DNA of 64,000 bases, taken from NCBI GenBank assembly GCA_965224085.1, contig CBDCYI010000004.1, forward strand, positions 1,152,001-1,216,000. The letters are read 5' to 3'. Positions within the stretch are counted from its first letter, which is position 1; each line of letters begins with the position of its first letter. A program made the position numbers and the translations under genes. Of this stretch, positions 58,710 through 64,000 are shown piece after piece. Source of the DNA: Candidatus Marinacidobacterales bacterium. Its GTDB lineage: Bacteria; Acidobacteriota; Vicinamibacteria; Marinacidobacterales; SMYC01. The notes below the pieces were generated by a model. It made no database searches and was not told where the DNA came from. It worked only from the letters and a program-made list of their open reading frames with translations.

Positions 58710-60069
58710 GGGCCTGTTACATATTAATATTTACAATACACTGTCATTGCTGCTATCCTCTGCTGGTTGCGAGACTATACGAGGATGGCAACAGATCGAA
58801 AGGTACCAGAGTCTGAGCGTCACTGGTTGAGGGTGCTGGGGACGTTGAACGAAGCGCAAGCGCGTGTTTTTGTGGCTCAACGGGCGCTTGAAGAAGGACG
58901 CGGCGGGGTCAGTCGGCTGTCACGACTTACGGGGATGTCGCGGCCGACCATCATGAAGGGCGTGGCGGAACTCAAAGCGAAAGCGCCGATAGTTGATGAC
59001 GACAGCGCCCGAGTGCGCAAGCCTGGCGGGGGGAGAAAGCGGGTCGAGGAGTTAGACCCGAGAATCGAGCGGCAGCTGAAGAAGATCCTCGACGAAAGAA
59101 CCGCCGGCGACCCGATGAAGCATCTCAAATGGACGAACAAGTCCACGAGAGCGATGGCGGAGGAGCTTGAACGCAAAGGTCACGATGTCTCGCACGTGAC
59201 AGTTGCTCGACGCCTAGGAGAAATGGGTTACTCGCTGCAAGCTAACGTGAAGAGACTGGAAGGGGATCAGCACCCGGATCGGGACAAACAGTTTCGTTAC
59301 ATCAACAAGCAAGTAAGCAAGTTCATGCGAAGCAAGGATCCGGTCGTGAGCGTCGATACCAAGAAGAAGGAATTGATAGGAGCCTTTGAAAACAGGGGTA
59401 AAACGTGGAGGAAGAAGAAGGGCGGAGGTGAGCCGGTTCTTGTACACGACTTCCCCAGTATGGCTGAGGGCAAAGCAATTCCCTATGGGACTTACGATGT
59501 GTCCCGCGACGAAGCGCTGGTCAACGTCGGCATTACTCACGAGACTGCGGAATTCGAGGTAGAAAGCATCCGGAGATGGTGGCGCATACTCGGAAAAAAG
59601 TCTTATCCGATGGCGAAACGTCTGCTTGTTTGCGCGGACGCCGGTGGAAGCAACGGAAACCGGCTGCGAGGCTGGAAGCTCCACCTCCAAAAGCTATCGG
59701 ACCAACTGAAGATTCCCATCACCGTATGCCACTATCCACCGGGAACCAGTAAATGGAACAAAATCGAACATCGACTATTCTCCTTTGTCAGCATGAACTG
59801 GAAAGGACGGCCTCTCGTGAGCTACGAGGCGGTCGTCAATCTTATCGGCAACACCAAGACCCGAACCGGCTTGAAGGTAAAGGCCATGCTGGACAAGAAC
59901 TCCTACGAGACAGGCCAGAAGGTCAGTAACGAAGAAATGCAGGAGCTTCGACTCAAAATCCACCCCTTCCACGGCAACTGGAATTACACTCTCCATCCCC
60001 GACGTGCTTGATTGAGGGTATTAATTCTTACCGAACTCGTATTTGTAAATATTATTATGTAACAGAACC
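58710..60069 (+). mobile_element. ISAzo13 family IS, complete, TSD TTA
   Basis: TIRs GGGCCTGTTACATATTAATATTTACAA / GGTTCTGTTACATAATAATATTTACAA; TTA at 58707-58709 and 60070-60072. Confidence 0.92.
58785..60011 (+). CDS. ISAzo13 family transposase
   Basis: GYSLQAN, HPDRDKQF, SVDTKKKE, ADAGGSNG, PPGTSKWNKIEHRLF, FHGNWNY. Confidence 0.93.
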   Translation: MATDRKVPESERHWLRVLGTLNEAQARVFVAQRALEEGRGGVSRLSRLTGMSRPTIMKGVAELKAKAPIVDDDSARVRKPGGGRKRVEELDPRIERQLKKILDERTAGDPMKHLKWTNKSTRAMAEELERKGHDVSHVTVARRLGEMGYSLQANVKRLEGDQHPDRDKQFRYINKQVSKFMRSKDPVVSVDTKKKELIGAFENRGKTWRKKKGGGEPVLVHDFPSMAEGKAIPYGTYDVSRDEALVNVGITHETAEFEVESIRRWWRILGKKSYPMAKRLLVCADAGGSNGNRLRGWKLHLQKLSDQLKIPITVCHYPPGTSKWNKIEHRLFSFVSMNWKGRPLVSYEAVVNLIGNTKTRTGLKVKAMLDKNSYETGQKVSNEEMQELRLKIHPFHGNWNYTLHPRRA

Positions 60070-61189
60070 TTAGCTCGCAAATCGCCGATTCCGGCCGAAA
60101 GGTTTTTGGGAGTAGCCCGAATGTATGCAGCTGTTGCAAGCCACTCCGCATCCGACACGTCTGACTTGCGCCCAGATACGTTTTTCACTTTGCGAGCATC
60201 GACCAGATAGACTTCAAATCCCTCGTCTTCCAACAACTCGTACAGTGGAATCCAATAAACTCCGGTCGACTCCATCGCCACCGTGCACACGCCGCACGCC
60301 TTCAGCCAATTGGCCAGCTCTCGCAGCGAGCATACAAAGCTCTGAAACGTGCGGACATGTTCGCCCTCAGGAGTGCGCCCCTTCGGGACTGCCGCCACGA
60401 TTGACTCCGCTCCAATATCAATCCCTGCAGCATCTAGATTTACCGTGTCGAGCTCGTGCTCCAATTTTTTCCGTCTTGCTTGACGACTGCTTTTTGTCCT
60501 GACGCGACGTGCCATTTCTCGCTCCTTTCGGCGCAACCAGGAGAGAGGGGCGATTCAAAACATTCTTTCGAACGGGGTCATGCCTCGCGACATGCCACCA
60601 CGGATACTCCCGCTAACCCTCCAGACCTTGCTGTCAAACGGGCACTGAGCACCATCGTACCTTCGGCCTTGACTCCCGGCTGCACTCGATCGGAGTCTAC
60701 TTCCTCCCACAGATCTCAAAGGGTCAGTCTCCGATTACCTTCGCCCGCCCGGGCGATGCCATTGCTGTCAAGTTGACGTTGCGAGCAAGCCGGCACCGCC
60801 GGATTGTCGTCTCTGCTCGAGTCAGGCGGCGCACGTGACGGCGTCCCAAGCGAGGAACGCGCGACCTCGTAGCTCTCGGTATTGTGATCCGGCGCGAGTC
60901 AGCGTTGTGCCGCTTCGCAATTGCACGCGCGCCGGATACAATCCTTACGTTAGACCGACACAACATCAAGAGAGAATATTGAGCGATGCCATCGCCAGAT
61001 CCGCCGTGTGACAACCCGAAGGCAGCATTAGAGCGATACATTGTCGAGTTATGGGACGAATATCTTCCATGGTACGATCGGTCCTCGTTAATCAATTACT
61101 ACCCGTGGGTTGTCATCCAGCTTCTGGCAATTGTCGCCGGCTTACCCAGAGCGAAGGCCATGCGCGTGGTTATGACGGCGTTTTTCCCG

Positions 61190-61544
61190 CACTCAGTTGG
61201 CCGAGGTTCTTTCTCAGGCCGACGCAGTTGTGCTCAGCGTTCCGCTCACACCGGATACTGAGCAGATGTTCAATGCGGAGATACTTGCGGCCATGAAACC
61301 AGATGTAATTCTCGTCAACATCGCCCGTGAGCAAGTGGTAGACGAAATCGCGCTGATCAAAGCCCTGAAGGACGACCGGATCGGATTTGTCGCACTTGAC
61401 GTTACGCAGACCGAACCGCTGCCTGCCGATAGTCCGCTTTGGGATCATCCCAATGTTCTCATAAGCCCGCACGGCGCAAGTACGGTTGCGGATGAAAACA
61501 GAACAGAACTGACATTTTTATACATAATTTGGAGTGCCTGCTAG
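61190..61544 (+). pseudogene. D-2-hydroxyacid dehydrogenase C-terminal fragment
   Basis: VPLTPDT, LVNIAR, ALDVTQTEPLP..SPLW..NVLISPH. Confidence 0.85.
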
Positions 61545-61704
61545 GACAGCCGGCCAGGCAGCATGAAAAACGTTTTTAATAAATCGCAACTCTATGGACG
61601 TTTTAGGACAGTTAGAGGCTGACTCAAAAAGAACTGTTTGACATCAGGCTCTTGCAAGCCTGCGTGTGACGAGGCGCACGGCGGCGAAACGGGGAGGAAC
61701 GGGC

Positions 61705-62883
61705 ATGGATCCCAACAACGCGATCGACGGCCTGACGGAAAAGATCACCGACGAGCTCATCCGAATCCGGCGCAGCATCCATCAGAATCCCGAGTTGGGG
61801 TTCGAGGAGTTCGAGACCGCGAAGCTGGTGTCCGGCACTCTCGACAGGCTGGGGATTCATCAACGCAGCGGCGTCGGCGGCACCGGCGTTGTCGGCGTCA
61901 TTGAGGGCGCCGGCCCCGGCAAGACCGTCGCGATCCGCGCCGACCTGGACGCACTTCCCATCCACGAGCAGAGCGGCGTTTCCTTCGCCTCCAAGGTGCC
62001 GGGCAAGATGCACGCCTGCGGCCACGACATTCACACCGCCATCGCCCTCGGCGCAGCCATGGTGCTAAACGAGATCAAGGATCGTCTTAAGGGCCAGGTG
62101 AAGCTTATTTTCCAACCCAACGAGGAGGGCCTTGGGGGCGCCCAGGCGATGATCGAGGACGGGGTGCTCGAGGACCCGGCGATCGACATCGTGCTGGGCT
62201 ACCACAACTGGCCGCTCCTGGAAGCAGGCAAAGTCGGTTACCAGACGGACGTGGTGTTCGCGGCCGCGGACTTATTCGACATTACCCTCAAGGGGGTGTC
62301 CGGGCACGCCGCCCATCCCCACACCACCGTCGATGCCATCGCCGCCACGGCCTACTTCATCACCCAGTTGCAGACCATCGTCAGCCGCGAGATTTCGCCG
62401 ACCGAACCGGCCGTCATCAGCATCGGGCAGATCGAGGGTGGCACCGCGCGCAATATCATCGCCAGCGAGGTTCGCCTGTCGGGCGGCGTGCGCGGCCAAT
62501 CGACCGAGGTGATGAAGCGGGTGGAGAAGACCATGCGCCGGCTGCTGGACGGCATCAAGGCGGGGATGCGCGTTGATTACGAGCTCGACTACCGCATTGC
62601 TGTCCCGGTACTGCGCAACGACACGGCGACCCTGGATCGGGTGCTGAGATCGGCGCGGAACATTCTGGGCGACGAAAACGTCAAGGACCTAGCCTTTTCC
62701 TCCATGGGCAGCGAGGATCTGTCCTTCTTCACCGAACGCTTTCCCAGCGCCCACCTGCGCATCGGCGCCAAGATCGACGGGCTGGAGACCATGCCGCACA
62801 AAGCCAACTACGATTGCAACGAACTGGCCATCCCGACCGCCGTTCGCGCCATCAGCCGCGCTACCCTGGACCTGCTGGGATGA
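61705..62883 (+). CDS. M20 family amidohydrolase (hippurate hydrolase/AbgB-like)
   Basis: HQNPELGFEE, IRADLDALP, MHACGHD, FQPNEE, GHAAHPH, MGSED; GGAGG RBS. Confidence 0.93.
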   Translation: MDPNNAIDGLTEKITDELIRIRRSIHQNPELGFEEFETAKLVSGTLDRLGIHQRSGVGGTGVVGVIEGAGPGKTVAIRADLDALPIHEQSGVSFASKVPGKMHACGHDIHTAIALGAAMVLNEIKDRLKGQVKLIFQPNEEGLGGAQAMIEDGVLEDPAIDIVLGYHNWPLLEAGKVGYQTDVVFAAADLFDITLKGVSGHAAHPHTTVDAIAATAYFITQLQTIVSREISPTEPAVISIGQIEGGTARNIIASEVRLSGGVRGQSTEVMKRVEKTMRRLLDGIKAGMRVDYELDYRIAVPVLRNDTATLDRVLRSARNILGDENVKDLAFSSMGSEDLSFFTERFPSAHLRIGAKIDGLETMPHKANYDCNELAIPTAVRAISRATLDLLG

Positions 62884-62923
62884 AAGCCCGGGTCGACGCC
62901 AGCTCGAAAAGACGAGACAAGCG

Positions 62924-63454
62924 ATGACCGGGACCGACGGTGCCAACCCAAGGCGGCCCCTGGACTTGGCTTTTCCTTTGCGCCTGGTCGTCGGCGCCGG
63001 ATTCGGCGTGATCGTGGTGCTGACCATCGCCCAGGTCATCTTCCGCTTCGTGTTCGACAGCCCCCTGGTGTGGAGCGAGGAGCTGGCGCGACTGCTGCTC
63101 GTCTGGGTGACGTTCCTCGGCGGTGCCGTGGTCTGCTGGGATGGCGCCCACCTAAACGTGGACGCTCTCTTCGTCAAGCTTCCGCGCCCCTTGCGCCGCT
63201 ATGTCCGTATCTTCAACGGGGCCGTCGCCATCGTCTTCCTGGTGGTGCTTTCGTATTTCAGCATCGAAATGGTGATCATCGAGCACATCACGACGCTGGG
63301 ATCCATGGACATCCCGGCAAGCTTCGTTCGCGTCCCGGCAACCATCGGCGGCGCCTTGATGGTTATCTTCATCGTGCTGCGTTGGGTCTATCGCCTGCCC
63401 GCCGAACGGGCGGCGATGGGCGAAGCGTTCGACGACAGCGAAGAGCCCATGTAG
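62924..63454 (+). CDS. dctQ: TRAP transporter small permease
   Basis: QVIFRFVF..PLVWSEELAR..WVTFLG..HLNVD. Confidence 0.9.
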   Translation: MTGTDGANPRRPLDLAFPLRLVVGAGFGVIVVLTIAQVIFRFVFDSPLVWSEELARLLLVWVTFLGGAVVCWDGAHLNVDALFVKLPRPLRRYVRIFNGAVAIVFLVVLSYFSIEMVIIEHITTLGSMDIPASFVRVPATIGGALMVIFIVLRWVYRLPAERAAMGEAFDDSEEPM

Positions 63455-63472
63455 GCGGCGGGAGGAAAGACC

Positions 63473-64000
63473 GTGCTCGTCGTCGCCATACTGGTGCTTC
63501 TGGTCGCGCTGCTGTTGCTTGGCATGCCCCTGGTATTTGCCATGGGGACGACGGCGGTCATCTATCTCTACATCACCGATATCCATTTTTCCATGCTCGC
63601 CCAGCGCATGACATCGGCGGTCGATTCCTTCCTCATCCTGGCCATCCCGTTCTTCTACCTGGCCGGCGAGCTGATGAACGCCTGCAAGCTGACCGACCGT
63701 ATTGTGGCCATGGCCAAGGCCTTGGTCGGCCACATCCAGGGCGGCCTGGCCCAGGTCAACATCGTGGCCAGCATGATCTTCGCCGGCATGTCGGGTTCGG
63801 CCACCGCGGATACGGCGGCCTTGGGTTCGGTGCTTATCCCGGCGATGAAGAAGGAGGGTTACCACGCCGATTTCAGCGCCGCCGTCACCGTTGCCTCGGC
63901 GATGATCGGCCCAATCATCCCGCCCAGCGTCGCCATGGTGATCTTCGGCGCCGTCGCCGACGTCTCCATCGGCAGGCTACTGCTTGCCGGCATCCTGCCC
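63473..64000 (+). CDS. dctM: TRAP transporter large permease, runs off right edge
   Basis: GTG with GGAGG RBS; LAIPFFYLAGELM, GGLAQVN, GMSGSATAD, GPIIPPS. Confidence 0.92.
   Translation, partial: MLVVAILVLLVALLLLGMPLVFAMGTTAVIYLYITDIHFSMLAQRMTSAVDSFLILAIPFFYLAGELMNACKLTDRIVAMAKALVGHIQGGLAQVNIVASMIFAGMSGSATADTAALGSVLIPAMKKEGYHADFSAAVTVASAMIGPIIPPSVAMVIFGAVADVSIGRLLLAGILP

Larger units (their letters stand above)
58469..60771 (-). mobile_element. second IS110 copy, inverted, inactivated (ISAzo13 insertion, +1 frameshift, ~590-bp internal deletion, truncated)
   Basis: Near-identical reverse complement of 56787-57700, joined to equivalent of 58294-58318. Confidence 0.92.

Noticed and set aside
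61612-61632. GAGGCTGACTCAAAA as an IS terminal repeat
   Set aside because: No partner repeat or transposase nearby; too short to support.
1-64000. CRISPR array, rRNA, reverse transcriptase/retron, integron cassettes
   Set aside because: No regularly spaced repeats, rRNA signatures, YxDD RT motif or attC pattern were seen by eye.

Overview
GC-rich bacterial window. Gene content (GWxTD-TPR protein, VPS10/BNR repeat proteins, DUF5916, CadC-type wHTH-TolB protein) suggests Acidobacteriota, Vicinamibacteria-like; this is an inference. The window is an accessory mosaic in which intact secreted hydrolases and catabolic/transport modules alternate with many truncated genes. (1) 4.7-11.3 kb is an integration hotspot. 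It has an intact tRNA-Glu(TTC) with two extra copies of its 3' end and two large serine recombinase C-terminal remnants. It also has an AIPR gene followed by a GC-rich multi-hairpin element, a truncated controller-type HTH with a C-box-like site, and a 3'-half tRNA-Lys(TTT) beside a broken tyrosine integrase. (2) 11.4-29.2 kb encodes secreted and membrane enzymes, including an S9 peptidase and a GGT-family protein that both have non-canonical catalytic motifs. (3) 30.4-35.3 kb holds pucG-ylbE-fdrA plus an hpxW-like fragment (ureide/oxalurate catabolism). (4) 35.4-50.3 kb has peptidases, two amidohydrolase_2 paralogs with an LLM oxidoreductase and ABC transporter, DUF5916, a serine hydrolase and an M1 aminopeptidase. 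(5) 50.3-61.6 kb is mobile debris: a terminase remnant, a RelE-type TA pair whose toxin lacks a canonical start, and a nested IS110/ISAzo13 cluster with a 256-nt structured leader (bridge/seekRNA candidate). (6) An M20 hydrolase-TRAP transporter operon runs off the right edge. All family calls come from motif recognition by eye; no searches were run.
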